A stretch of 63,030 nt of DNA, counting the filler, from Octopus bimaculoides (lineage: Eukaryota), in assembly GCF_001194135.2 (NCBI RefSeq). It is 6 parts of 6 records of this genome, joined end to end, with 100 filler letters (N's around TTAATTAATTAA, not from the genome) between each part and the next. Parts side by side here need not be neighbours in the genome. Positions count along the whole stretch, not along the records: positions 23,523 to 44,872 come from NC_068990.1; positions 44,973 to 56,060 come from NC_068982.1; 4 more parts are not named here. One strand, given 5' to 3'. Below the pieces are notes generated by a model. That model was not told where the DNA came from. It did not search any database and saw only the letters and a list, made by a program, of their open reading frames with translations. Numbering within the stretch: the stretch's first letter is position 1; each line of letters begins with the position of its first letter. Both the position numbers and the translations under genes were made by a program. Of this stretch, positions 38,351 through 51,611 are shown one piece after another.

Positions 38351-39587
38351 ATATATGCATATGTGTATATATATGTATATATATANNNNNNNNNNNNNNN
38401 NNNNNNNNNNNNNNNNNNNNNNNNNNNNNNNNNNNNNNNNNNNNNNNNNNNNNNNNNNNNNNNNNNNNNNNNNNNNNNNNNNNNNNNNNNNNNNNNNNNN
38501 NNNNNNNNNNNNNNNNNNNNNNNNNNNNNNNNNNNNNNNNNNNNNNNNNNNNNNNCGAATTTTGTAATATAGATAAAAGGTAAATCAAAATATATAAAAA
38601 TTAAGTATTAGCGTTGTATCAAGGTAGGGAAAAGCATACACATATACACACACAGACACGTGTGTGTGTGTTACAGACGCCGGAAAAGTTAGAAACGAAT
38701 TTTGTAATATAGATAAAAGGTAAATCAAAATATATAAAAATTAAGTATTAGCGTTGTATCAAGGTAGGGAAAAGCATACACATATACACACACAGACACG
38801 TGTGTGTGTTCGCGCGCGCGTGTGTCTACGTATATATGTATGTATAAAATCAAGAGAGAAAAAAATAAGTGGAACAGTATGGGAAAAGGATAACCAAAAG
38901 ACACAAGTAGATATAGGAAAAGAAGTAAAAAGCCGAAAGAAAACGAAGGACGTATTCGAAGCTCGAGAAGAAAAAATACAGAAATAATGAAATTCAATAA
39001 TGCGCAAGAGGAAAGAGGAAATTATATCGAGTATAGGAGAAGTAAGCATAATGAAAAGTGAGACGGAAAACTTATAGAGAAAAAAAATGACACACAAGAT
39101 AGTTTTATTTTTGAATCGTAAAATGGTATATAATTATGAAAAAATTATTAGTGGTCAAAATAAAAAGAGATTATAATTGTAAAATATAAATAAAAATATA
39201 AATATATGTTAAACATAAAAATGAGAGACGTAAAAGGAATAAGGTGAAAATTATATGAAAGATGAAAAGCAAGAATGAAAATCATAAAATAAAGGATAGA
39301 AGTACAAAACAGGAAACAAAGTATGAATGACGACGACAATATAAACGAGACAAGTTATATAACATGGGCAAAGATAAAATATAAGATGTACACTAAGTAA
39401 TGCTGAAAAAAAATGAGACATTGAAAACAAAAACGTCATTTTAAGATATAAAAGAGACTAAAAGAACTTAAAACATTTCAAGAGAGAGGGAGAGAGCATC
39501 ATGTGTGTGTGAGACAGACGGAGAGAGAGAGAGAGGGAGAGAGACGGAGAGAGAGGGAGAGAGGAAGAGTAGAGAGAGAGAGGGGGG

Positions 39588-39621
<34 letters not shown>

Positions 39622-39739
39622 TGGAGAGAGAGAGAGAGCGGTGTGTGTGTGAGTGCGTGTGCTTGCGTATATGCGTCTGCAAAGTTAACGTGAAAAATGG
39701 AAATGTAAAATCGATTGAAGCATCTTTACCTTCTCCCTT

Positions 39740-39940
39740 GTATATGTTTCAGCCATTAGGTTCCGGCCATGCTAGAGCACTGACTTAAAAGGTTTCGTCC
39801 AACATGTCAACGCCATCCACTGATTATTTTAACTCTGGTATTTATTCTGTTGGATGTTTTCACCAAGGTTATAGGCTTAGGAGACATAAACCAGCGGCGG
39901 TGGGGGACAAACACAAACATAATAATACATACAAACGCAC

Positions 39941-39998
<58 letters not shown>

Positions 39999-40000
39999 TT
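39740..40000 (-). mobile_element. SINE family B 3' half
   Basis: GTTTCAGCCATT...GGCCATGCTAGAGCAC...GGGGGACAAACACAAAC. Confidence 0.7.
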
Positions 40001-40374
40001 TGGCTGGGCTAAAAAGTCACATTCGATCACAGCACCGTTAAGTTATGCTTCGTGCAATGGCCATACTCGATAATGAGGGGGCAGCCATCATGTATGTATG
40101 TATGTATGTATGTATGTATGCATTATGTATGTACGTATGTATGTTTGTATGTATGTTTGTATGTATGCTAATGTACACCACATACATTTGATCACAATAA
40201 ACAAATAGATTTGTTGAGATTGTCCAGCTTGAACTTGCAGAACCGTCTATTTCGGGTTACGAGAGACTGTCTTCATCAGCATATATGTATATATAAACAT
40301 ATCCACGCATACATACATGCAGACAGACAGACAGGCAGGCAGGCAAGCAGGAAGGCAGGCAGGCATGCAGGCAG

Positions 40375-40695
40375 GTTGGAGCACTCCGTCGGTTAGACTA
40401 CGAGGGTCCCAGCTGATACGATCAACGGAACAGCTTGCTCGTGAAATTAACGTGCGAGTGACTGAGCAATCCACAGACACGTGCACCCCTAACGTAGTTC
40501 TCAGGGAGATTCAGCATGACACAGAGTGTGACAAGGCCGGCCCTTTGAAATACAGGTACTACTCATTTTTGCCAGCTGAGTGGACTGGAGCAACGTGAAA
40601 TAAAGTGTCTTGCTCAAGGACACAGCGCGTCGCCGTGAATCGAACTCACGACCTTACATTCGTGAGCCGAATGCCCTAAGCACTAAGCCACGCGC
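40375..40695 (-). mobile_element. SINE family D (CORE-like GTGTCCTTGAGCAAGACAC)
   Basis: Reverse complement of the 60.3-60.6 kb element, with head GCGCGTGGCTTAGTG...GAGTTCGATTC. Confidence 0.85.
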
Positions 40696-42035
40696 ACTGC
40701 CACTAAGTTTCAACTCATACATGTAATAAACTATCAAAACTTATAACATAGATAAAGCACAAACTTTCTAGGTCTTCAGCTCGTCAGAGTATCATAGCAA
40801 ACATATTAGTTGGTATGAATTTCATACGAATAGAAGATTTCGAAAATTTAACTGATTCGAAATGCACAATTAGACATGTTGTCACTGTAACATCTGTATA
40901 ATGGCGTAATTAAATAGTATATGAGCCTCCACTCCAGCGAGAGGAGGTTCTGTATGTACTCTTTCAACTTCTTGAACCAGGGAGACGAGTGAAAGGAAAA
41001 TTGAAATATATATGAGTTCTCGGAGATTTCTCTTTCGATATATCGGTATATAAGGATATTCTTGGAGTTCTAAATATGTCGGGCACTTTAAATCACAACT
41101 TTATATGAATTTAAGTCCTTAAAATAAGAATTTGCAGAACGTGTGCGTCCGAATTATTATGCTGATGTGGCAAGTCGCGTCCCTGTGTGTAAAATGGTAA
41201 CTTTAGCATTCGCAGAAAAATACATAGATAAAATATGTAGAAAGCATTTCTTTTCAGTTTTGTACGCATTTCATTGGTCTCTAACGCGAGGAATTATACG
41301 GCGGAGTAAAACCCTTGAAGAAGAACTGTCTTTGCTATCTTTGACGCAGTCTTACATCTGAAATTTGTAAATGAATAAAAGAATAACTATCGAAAGTAGG
41401 GGAATATATAAAAACGTAGAAATGCGTAATATAACAGGTAAAAATAAATAAATATAAAATATGTAAATCGTAAAAAGAAATTAAAGACGTAAAGTAGGTA
41501 AAGAATAATAAAAATATGACAAAAAAACTGAAATGAAAAATTTTAAATAGATAAAAGCGGCAAAGTATAAAACATAAAAAGAAGATGAAAACATAAAGCA
41601 GATGCAGGTCACGAAATATATTAGATAAAATTAAGACAAAAATAAGATATGAAAAATTCATAAAACAAGAAATGAACGACTTAGGACAGACAAAGAACAA
41701 AATATTAAAGACGTAAAATTAAGAAATGAAAGACGTATAAGAGATAAAAACGTAGAAAAAAATTGAGTTGTGAAATATATAAAAGAGAATATGTAAGACG
41801 TAAAAATAATTAGATGAACAAAAAAAAATATAACAGGTTAAAGAAAAAAACTAAATATAAATGCTAATAAAAGGGGAAAATGAAACACATAAAGCATAAG
41901 AATAAGCGAACAAAGACTAAAATCTAAAATATAAAGCGAAAATCGATAACGTGAAAGACAAGAAATAAGGAGCATACAGAGACAGAACATTTCATATTAT
42001 ATATATATATATATCTGCGTTTGTATGAATGTGTG

Positions 42036-42087
<52 letters not shown>

Positions 42088-42400
42088 CGTAGGTGTCCTG
42101 TGTTTACCTGTTCGTAAGAGGTGATTAGGCTATTAAGAATCTAAATTCGAAGTGTCACGTTTAAGTGTCAATATCTTGCTTTAAAAAGAATTAGGTCAAG
42201 ATCATGTATTTTGTTAGACTTGTTTTTACTTATATACTTGTTTGTGTGCATGAAACAACAGGAATGACTCAAGGTCCGAAAGTTCCGTGCAAAAAACATA
42301 TTATTTTAATACGTCACTGGTTTCATTCATTGGAGTGTGGCATCCCGGTGCACTGCCTTCTGAGATATAGCTGATATCGAATTCAAACATTTTAATTATG

Positions 42401-42460
<60 letters not shown>

Positions 42461-42549
42461 TGTGTGTGTGTGAGTGAGTGTGTACATATATATATACACA
42501 CATACATGCATATATATGTATGTTTGTATATATATATGAGTAAAAATAA

Positions 42550-42790
42550 ATACAAAAAAGGGTTTTGCATGATCGTGTATAGAGGAATGTATTATTTTAT
42601 TTAAAAGAGTTCCAGCTCTGTCTGTTTTTTATGTTTTATTTATATTCTTGTAAAATTAATGTGGGATATAGAATATGGAATATATAATATATAATATAAA
42701 AATGGATGGTACAATGAAATGAAGTATTGAATGTCTTATTGAATATATGGAATATGTCTTATTGAATATATGAAATATTGAGTGTTCAAT
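42550..42790 (+). repeat. Second, non-hairpin copy of the 34.5-34.8 kb repeat
   Basis: Shares CTCTGTCTGTTTTTATGTTTTATTTATATTCTT.TAAAATTAATGTGGGATATAGAATATGGAATATA and TGAAATGAAGTATTGAATGTCTTATTGA with 34541-34840. Confidence 0.85.
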
Positions 42791-43689
42791 ATAAAGGATT
42801 AAATATATAAAGGCGAATACGTATTTTCAATACCTTGTGGTATTCATCATGGCCGGTATCTGACAGACTGTGTCCGTCTGTATGTATATATATATTGAAC
42901 GTGGAACAATAGAAAACAAAGTGAGCATAGCTGACATTTGAACCAAGGATATAAAAGCTGTCAAGAAGAAAGTTTTTCTATATAATATACACACGTAGAT
43001 ACATATTTTCGGATATATGCAGGTATGTATATGCATATATTTGTTTTTAATGCTTTTGAAAGGAGTCTTTACTCAAAATGTCCGCACTAATATAGTGTTT
43101 TTAAGTTAATATTTGAATGTCCTTGTTTAATAATTCAGCTGTATTGCTATCTTCTTATATCAAACACTGAATTTTCTACATATTCCGAAATGCTTTTAAT
43201 ATAGTTTATGGCTACCTAAGAGTTATAAAAATACAAGTGGGTGGAATGAGTAGGTAGAAAGGAAGTCAGCGAAACGAATAAAATACTTCCAGACAAAATA
43301 AGTAAAATAAATTAAAATGATGCAAAGGGAGGTAAATAACGTAAGAAATAAAAGACGTAACAGTGTGAAGAAATAAAAATAAATGGTTAGTGAAAGATAT
43401 AAAGATGGGAAAAGGGAGAAATAGTATTAAAATTATTACTTTAGTAAAAGAAACAAAGATGCAAAATGGAAATTAATATAAATACTTAATGTCGTTGAAA
43501 GGAATTAAAGATAAAAAGGAGCGAAATAGGTATGAGTCTTAAGTATAAACAAATGAATGACTTAATTGAAAAAAGAAACAATGCAAATGTGTGAGTGGCA
43601 CAGGGTAACTATAAGTGATGCCGTCAGTGAAAGAAACAATAGATGTAATGTGGGAAAATATAAATTGAGAGAAATATGACGTATCTAGG

Positions 43690-44440
43690 CGCGGCAATGG
43701 CTGTATAGTAAGAGGTTTGCTTGCCAACCTCATTGTTCCGGGTTCAGTTCCACAGCGCGGCACCTTGGGCAAGTGTCTTGTACTATAGCTTCGGGCACAC
43801 CAAAGCCTTATGAGTGAATTTGGTAAACGGAATCCGAATGAAACTTGTAATGTATATGTGTGTGTGTACGTATGAAACTTGTATGTATGTATGTATTATG
43901 TATGTATGTATGTATGTATGTATGTATGTATGTATGTATGCGTTTTTGTGNNNNNNNNNNNNNNNNNNNNNNNNNNNNNNNNNNNNNNNNNNNNNNNNNN
44001 NNNNNNNNNNNNNNNNNNNNNNNNNNNNNNNNNNNNNNNNNNNNNNNNNNNNNNNNNNNNNNNNNNNNNNNNNNNNNNNNNNNNNNNNNNNNNNNNNNNN
44101 NNNNNNNNNNNNNNNNNNNNNNNNNNNNNNNNNNNNNNNNNNNNNNNNNNNNNNNNNNNNNNNNNNNNNNNNNNNNNNNNNNNNNNGTGTGTGTACGTAT
44201 GAAACTTGTATGTATGTATGTATTATGTATGTATGTATGTATGTATGTATGTATGTATGTATGTATGCGTTTTTGTGTTTATCCCCACCATCGCTTGACA
44301 TTAATAACCGGTGTCGGTTTGTTTATGTCACTGCAGCATAAACTAAATAAGTACTATCATCGATTTTCTCGATTAAATCCTTGAAGAGGTTGCAAGAGCA
44401 TGGCCGCAGTCCAATGACTGAAACAAGTTAAAGATAAAAG
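43690..44440 (+). mobile_element. SINE family B copy with gap at the internal (TATG)n
   Basis: Head AGGCGCGGCAATGGCTGTATAG...GGCACCTTGGGCAAGTGTC; tail GCATGGCCGCAGTCCAATGACTGAAACAAG. Confidence 0.8.
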
Positions 44441-44818
44441 ATGAAAGGTTGCAGTATATGCATAAATGAATGATGCAAGTGAAATACATAAAAGATTTAT
44501 CGACGAGAAACAAGTACAATACACAACGTAAAAAGAAGAAACAAAACATATAAGGGAAGTAAGTGAATAGAAAATATAAAGCGGAGGAAGGAATACCCAT
44601 CAATATATAATAACAGCGAAAGAAACTCGAGTCAGAAGAACACGTATGATAGTGAAGACAGTTAAGTGAAAAGCGTGAATGATGCATGGTGCAGGAATGA
44701 TATAATTGAATAACCTAATTTAAACAATAAGATACAAGACTAAAAAACGGAATATACAAATGACGAACTTAAAATAAATTAAACTCACTAAGTGGTAACA
44801 ATCCTTACTGTTATTATC

Positions 44819-44872
<54 letters not shown>

Positions 44873-44972
44873 NNNNNNNNNNNNNNNNNNNNNNNNNNNN
44901 NNNNNNNNNNNNNNNNTTAATTAATTAANNNNNNNNNNNNNNNNNNNNNNNNNNNNNNNNNNNNNNNNNNNN
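44873..44972. other. Assembly linker N44-TTAATTAATTAA-N44
   Basis: Identical 100-nt structure. Confidence 0.95.
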
Positions 44973-45097
44973 CCAGCTGTAGAAACTCTGCCAAATTTAG
45001 ATTGGAGCCTGGTGTTGCCATCCGGTTTCACCAGTCCTCAGTCAAATCGTCCAACCCATGCTAGCATGGAAAGCGGACGTTAAACGATGATGATGAT
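44973..45097 (+). mobile_element. RTE 3'-tail copy, truncated at the linker
   Basis: Near-identical to 13791-13915 and ends in (GAT)n. Confidence 0.8.
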
Positions 45098-45225
45098 AGC
45101 AGGTGAAATAGTTAGGCAAATTCAACACGTCTATCAGCCTCATTTATCTTATTCAGTTTTCTATGGCTAACCCTATTTACATTGCTCACAGATATCTTGA
45201 TCTTTTTTAATACCCTAGGAACTAA

Positions 45226-45310
45226 TCAGAACAGTGTATTGTTGCATTGTTTGAAATCTCTATTGTTGTTTTCTGGTTGGGAAATCACCTCTAATAAGTT
45301 ATTTAATCTC
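45226..45310 (-). CDS. Candidate terminal coding exon (phase 2 start) of the same gene
   Basis: Acceptor ctttcatttcctttcag|GAG. The phase-2 frame reads (R)RLNNLLEVISQPENNNRDFKQCNNTLF-TGA and is compatible with the phase-2 end of 45706-45787. Confidence 0.35.
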
Positions 45311-45705
45311 CTGAAAGGAAATGAAAGACTTATTTATTTATCCTATTGTATAAAATAATGTTTGTCATTTAATCCCTTTATAGCATTTTCACTAAACGTG
45401 TTTAACATAATTAAAAAAGACAGTCACATTTGAAACTGTTTCTCTGATATAGTGCTAAAAAAAAAAAAATCTCAATGAAGCTACAAGAAATAAATACCTT
45501 AACATGTTCAGCAGTCTGTATTATAATACTAGATAAAGAAAATTTAGGTTCATATTGCAACTTTCTGTGTGGTCAATAGTGAAATAATAGTTTCATGCAG
45601 AATTTTAGTCAATACTAACAAATTTTGATAGATTTATATTGATTTTTATTTTATGTAAACCAAATTGTTAAAATATGAGTAAATTGCTAAATAAAACTAT
45701 CTTAC

Positions 45706-45787
45706 CTATTTCGGGCTAAGAAAGATCTTTTGGGTTGTTGGTCAATTGCCAAATTTTGTGTTTTTCGTGATGCATCTCTTTGCCTTT
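45706..45787 (-). CDS. Candidate internal exon (82 nt, phase 1 to 2) of the same uncharacterised gene
   Basis: Acceptor ttctttgttctccattgttttgtag|AAA and donor ATAG|gtaaga. Only one frame is open: (E)RQRDASRKTQNLAIDQQPKRSFLARN. It retains CpGs inside a CpG-poor region. Confidence 0.55.
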
Positions 45788-47380
45788 CTACAAAACAATG
45801 GAGAACAAAGAATGGAAAGGTAAAAGTGATTTACAAAGAAAAAACAAAGAAAAATGAATGAGAAATTGGGAAGAATTTTTGAAGTAGGCGAGATGCAAAA
45901 TAAAGATAATCTAAAAGGTTACAATTCCTTTTGGCAATCATTAAAAAGAAATTGAAAAATATCACAAACGTTTCTCTCTTCCCCACCCCCATCTTCTTTC
46001 CTTTTTCACTCTCCTAAACTTACCTACTCTCACCCTACCAAACCCTCTGTAACACTTCACTCATATTGGCCTCCCTGTAACTTTAGGATATGCCCCGACA
46101 CACCTTCGCCACAATCTTCCCTCTCTCTCCTTTTTCTCAACTGGAGCAGCCCTTTATCTCTCCTACATCATGACACCTTCCCCTTGTCCGGCACAAAGCC
46201 ACTTCCCTCAATACTACTTCCCCTTCCCCCTTAGTTGAAGGGGTCTTGTCTTGCAAGTTACTTGGTGACCTCACCAGTGCTGGTGTCACATATAAGGCAT
46301 CCCAGTATACTTTGGCATTAGGAAGGGCATCCAGCCATAAAATCATGCCAAAGCAGATAATGGAGTTTGGTACAGTCCTCTGGCTTACCAGCTCTAGTCA
46401 AAATGTCTAACTCATACCAAGATATAAAACAGACATTAAGTGGTGATGATGATGACAATGATTCAAACAACAGACACATACACAGTTATACCATTGCTGT
46501 CTATTTTCACATTTCCTGCACCATATATAAGCACAGTGCAACTGTCAAGTTTACATTTATTTCGAAAAACAATAATCAACTACACATTATATTTTCCAGC
46601 ACACAGTGTTTCAGTTCTTATGCATACCACAAATATATCTATGTAGTTACAGATCTCCACATGGAAATAAGCTTATTGCTCTTACATAAAATTCCTAATA
46701 AGAAAATTACTCTACGTACATTTGTTCTTGGGAAGTATTGCAAAAATACATATATATTTTGCAATTTTCTTTCTTTCTTTTTTTTTTTCTTTCAGAAACC
46801 AACCAGAAAAAAATTAACATGAAGTACCTGAAATACTGGCATTAATCAATAAACACACATTATTATAGTGACAATCACACAGAACTAATGTTTAATTACA
46901 TCGTCAACTATGTTTATAAGACTGCTATTGTTATTAGCTAATTGTCAATTCAATTACAATTAAGCAAGTCTCTTGGGTGATAGAACTTGGCACTGACAAT
47001 TTACTATTTCTTTTTTTTATCTTAGAAACTGATGATGGAAAAGAATTTAATTTTAATTACTTATATTGAACACATCCATTTCTGAAATTAATTTTAAAAA
47101 ATAAATGCTATCTATTATAATATACTGAAAGGGTTGGAGTTAACCAGGTCAACAATCATTTTTTTTCCCTTACAGTTAATGTAAAAGTGAGAAATAGGTC
47201 AATAGCTTACAATGCTTGCTTCAATTCCTGTTATGGTTTGAAAAAGTCATTCCAATACTAACCATCTTACTCCCAAACGCTGGTTTTCATTACAACAGCT
47301 CATCCCACATTAAGCTCATGATGCACAGCCAATACACTTTCTCTTCAAATATTTCTACTTTTAATCATTTGCCTACATGG

Positions 47381-48051
47381 TAGTGGTTCTTAATCTTGTA
47401 TAGCTCAGCATCCTCTTTTACTGAATGGCATTCTACAAATCTCCCCATGGCATATTTTGCAAATATAATTGTGGGGCCAAATAGTTGATTACATCAACCC
47501 CAGAGCTCAACTAGTACTTATTTATTTAACTCTGAAAGAATGAAAAACAAAGTTGGCCTTGGCAAAATTTGAACTAAAAATATAAAAAGCCAGGAGTGCT
47601 GATGTGCTAATGATTCTGCCAGACCATCACCTTCAGTTTTACAAATAATAAAAAATTGTTTTAAACAGAAACTAATTTTGCAATGTGGTTTACAACCCAT
47701 ATTTTCTCAGTCTCACCCAACATGTATCATTTCTTAGATATTTGTACAGATTAGTACTTCCAATGTTAAATTTTTATGGAAATTTTTAAAGAAAGTGAGG
47801 ACTTATATAATGAAATTATGTTGGACCTTAGCAAATCATCAATCAGGTTTTCTGCTCATGGGTAACACAACATGCATGATCCTGATAAAGATGTTTTTAA
47901 AAATGTGTTTTAAGTATTGACCCAACTTCAAATATTTTATTTCTATAAGAAAAAAAAAAGATCCCTCTAAATGTCCTTTGCATATCACAGTGTCCCTTGA
48001 CAACACAAAACACTCCCAAGGGGGTACTACTGTTTAGATTAAGAACCCCTG
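47381..48051. mobile_element. Possible hAT-type non-autonomous element containing a SINE
   Basis: Ends TAGTGGTTCTTAATC / GATTAAGAACCCCTG form an imperfect TIR; no 8-bp TSD found. Confidence 0.4.
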
Positions 48052-49084
48052 TTCTGGGTGTGATCCATTCCACAGAGCTCAGTACTTACTGCCTTCAGAA
48101 AGAAAGAAAGGCAAAGTGGACCTGAGAATGCAATTGTTGTGTCAAAAGAAAAGGCTCTACACCTTCAATACCCAGTGGAGCTGCACTTGTTTGGATGAAT
48201 AAGAACAATGGTGTTAACATTAAGATTTTAAAATTTCAGAGGATTGTGGAAAAAGAAAAAAAATTAGAGGAAGGAAGTAAAGAATTACATGAAGGGCTTA
48301 GTATAGAGTTTAAGAAGACAGAGACAGACAAAAGATATGACAAGGATATGCAGTGGATGGAAACTATGGCAAGGATATGCAGTGGATGGAAACTATGGCA
48401 AGGATATGTAATGCAAGGCTTTTGTCAACTCATGACAATTGTAGAGGACATATGTCCAAAATACCACACAGTGGGATCAAGCTTGGAACTACAGGATTGT
48501 GAAGCAAATTTAACCCACACAGTCATGCCTGTCTCTCTAATACATATTATAGAAAAAGAAAGAATTGGGAGGAAATGATTAGTTCAGATCTGACAATGTT
48601 CAGCTACACATTCAAGGACATAGTGACCCAAGACATATGGAAACAATGTTTGAGTTTCAATCTGTCCATACTAGTATGGAAAAGTGCTGCTAAAACAGTG
48701 ACAGCGATGATGATGATACTGAATTAAGAGTTTCTGAATTCAGGTGATTAGTGTTGAGATTTCGTACAAATTTTAGACAAGAAGTTTGCAATGTCATACT
48801 TAGCTGATTTGTTGAAAGCTTCATTAATGTATAACAGTTTTTAGTTTTCTGAAGTCAGAGATCAGTTCTATTGATTGGTATTTTATAATTCTTATTGACA
48901 GCCACAAGAGAAGTAGGGAAGAAAAGAGAGAAGAGGAAGATATATATATATATATATATATATATTACTGATATGTTCCTTTACTTCAAAAATGTGCTGG
49001 GCAGTAATCAGTAGTGAGAAGTGTTTAATTTGAAAGACTGACTAAGCATTTTAGTTAGGAGAGAAGTTAATCTAGCTGTCTTTA

Positions 49085-50075
49085 ATGCCAGGGTAGTAGA
49101 TGTGACACCATGTGAGACGAGATTTGGCCTTGATCAGAGAGAAGGATTTGGTTGTTAAGAGAAACAGTTTTTCTTTCAGAGAGAAAGGTTGATTGTATGA
49201 TGCTGCATAGAAGTGAAATGTGGGCCTTAAATGCAAAGGATTTGCAAAAGCTAGAGAGAAATGATCATGTTCTGTTTGATTTGTAATATTAGTGTATAAG
49301 AAAAGGCAGGAAGCTGGCAGAATTGTTAGCACACTGGGCAAATTGCTTTGTGGCATTTCGTCCATCTTCATGTTTAAACTCCATTGAGGTTGACTTTTAT
49401 CCTTTCAGGGTCAATAAAATAAGTACCAGTTAAACACTGGGGTTGAAGTAATTAGCTTACTCTTTCCCTTGAACCTGCTGACCTTGTGCCAAAATTTGAA
49501 AGAAATAGTTTCATAGTTATGAGGGGGCAGAATTATTAGCATGCCAGAAACCAATATTAGTGTATATGAAAAGGTGGCGAGGTGATAGAATCATCAGCAT
49601 GCCAGGCAAAATGCTTTGTGACATTTCATCCGTCTTCATGTTCTGAGTTCAAATTCTGCCAATATCAACCTTGCCCTTCATCTTTTCAGGGTTGATAAAA
49701 TAAGTGCCAGCTGAGCATTGAGGTCGATGTAATCACCTAGCTCCCTCCCCGAAATTTCAGGTCATGTGCTTATAATAGAAAGGAATATTATAGTTTATGA
49801 ATGATCAAGCACTAATGAACTGAGGGAAAATCTAGATATAAGAAGAATCTGATGTAGTGTGCAAGGGAAGACTGCATTGATGATATTTATGGCAGCTATC
49901 AACTGTATAAAGAAGTGTTGAGTGTTCAATGTGGATGGAGCCTGTGAGAGACACAAGACTGAGTGGTAAAAACTGATATAAAGAAGCTGAACATCGTGGA
50001 GGAAATGACAAAGGGAAATGGTGAGTAGTGACATATGGTACCAGATGAGACACATCTATCCATGCAAGTATGGTG
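49085..50075 (+). mobile_element. Degenerate RTE LINE 3' fragment interrupted by SINEs
   Basis: Eroded match to the RTE C-terminus at 52.9-53.4 kb (ttctttcagagagaaaggttgattgtatgatgc, gtgtgcaagggaagactgcattg); SINE copies at about 49300-49790 interrupt it. Confidence 0.6.
49300..49790 (+). mobile_element. Two SINE family C copies, CpG-eroded
   Basis: GCTGGCAGAATTGTTAGCAC... and GCATGCCAGGCAAAATGC...GAGTTCAAATTCTGCC. Confidence 0.8.
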
Positions 50076-51535
50076 AAATATATTATAAAACAGCGGAGGC
50101 TGGGATGGATAATATATATTTGAATATCTCACCCATTAAATTCCTGTTAAGTCTCCATTTGCTTCCCTCAGTCCCACTTCTTTTTATCATTCCCCCTCTC
50201 TTCTATTCTCTGTACAATGCCACCCATGTAATGAAGGGTAGCATTGATTTGTCTATATTCAATTTTACATCATCCATATTGCTACATCTCTCTCTCTCTT
50301 TCTCCCCTTCATAATACATTTATTATGAAGGATTTCATCAGATATGTTGGTATCAAAAACAGCCTTCCATCACCCTTCAGTACTGCGACCTCTCCCTCAT
50401 GTTACTCACTATTAACACAATTTTCCATCTCAATAACTATTCATCACTCCCTCTCTCTCTCCCTCACCAACAAACATGTACATCACTACTTCTCTCCCAT
50501 TACTCCCTACTGTTATTGTCTCTTCCATTATTTTCTCCTCTACTATGTGGTCACCTGAATCATTTTTACCCACCATACTCTCACTCACTACTTACAACCT
50601 AGTTTGTCTTCTGTCATTGCTCTTTTCTTTTCACCTCTTGGGACACATTGCTTTGAATGAACAGAAAAAACATAATAGTCTTGTCATGTAAAATTCAAGC
50701 TCACAAGTACTGATGCCATGGCAAAATGCAAACAATACACTCTGCAAAGTGACTGGCAACTGAGAGGTGACAATGTAGGGTTGGGGGTATGACAACCTAC
50801 TTAGTATAAGTGACAGAGATACAATCCCCTATATAAATGCCTTGTGATGTGCAAATGAGATGGTGAGAGGTGTGTGTACAGATATGCATACATACATATT
50901 TATACACACACACACACACTGGACTACCACAAGTTTCATCTAGCAAATTTCAAGACACTTGCCCAATGTTCAAGCCTGTGAGTGAAATTGAACCTGCAAC
51001 CATAAAGTTATGAATCAAATTTCTTAATAACACACACCCATGCCAGAGTTTCCATCTATCAAATCCACTCACAAGACTTTTGTTGGCCCTAGGCTATAGA
51101 AAACATTTGCCCACGGTGCCACACAGTGGGATTGAACCTGGAACCATGTGGTTGGGAAGCAAGCTTCTTACCACACAGCCACACCAGTTTGTTTACATTC
51201 CTGTAAATTAGCAGTTCAGAAAAAGATATTCATAGAATCAGTATCAGGTTTAACAAACTACTGGGTTTGATTCATTCAGCTAAAAATTCTTCAAAGTGGA
51301 GCCCCAGCACAGCTACAGTCTAATGACTAAACAAGTAAAAGCTAGAAGGAAAGATATACAAGATTTGGACCTCCGTTGGAAAGTAGAAATTAAATTAGTA
51401 ATAATGATTGACATATTTCTATTTCCAAATGGACCATTCAAATATACATAGCAAATAAATGAACTAATCAAATTTCATCACTGAACAATCAAAAGGAAAA
51501 TGTTATAATTATTCATGATATAACTGGCTACATAC

Positions 51536-51611
51536 CAATCTTTTTCTGCAATTCTGATGCTTTCTTTAAGGCTTTTATATGTGCACCATTCTTTGCATGA
51601 TTAGAATTCTC
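51536..51611 (-). CDS. Candidate internal exon (76 nt, phase 0 to 1) of an uncharacterised gene
   Basis: Acceptor cttttgtatcattatttcag|GAG and donor ATTG|gtatgt. Open in phase 0: ENSNHAKNGAHIKALKKASELQKKI. Phase-compatible with exon 45706-45787. Confidence 0.5.

Noticed and set aside
38556-38810. Exact tandem duplication of about 115 nt
   Set aside because: Identical copies sit directly beside an N gap, so this is most likely an assembly overlap artefact.
43860-44280. Direct repeat on both sides of a gap
   Set aside because: Identical sequence flanking Ns indicates an unmerged contig overlap. The same applies to 53377-53485.
48340-48410. 29-nt tandem duplication within ORF 48195-48578
   Set aside because: A simple local slippage duplication; the ORF is a chimera of AT-rich sequence and a SINE fragment.
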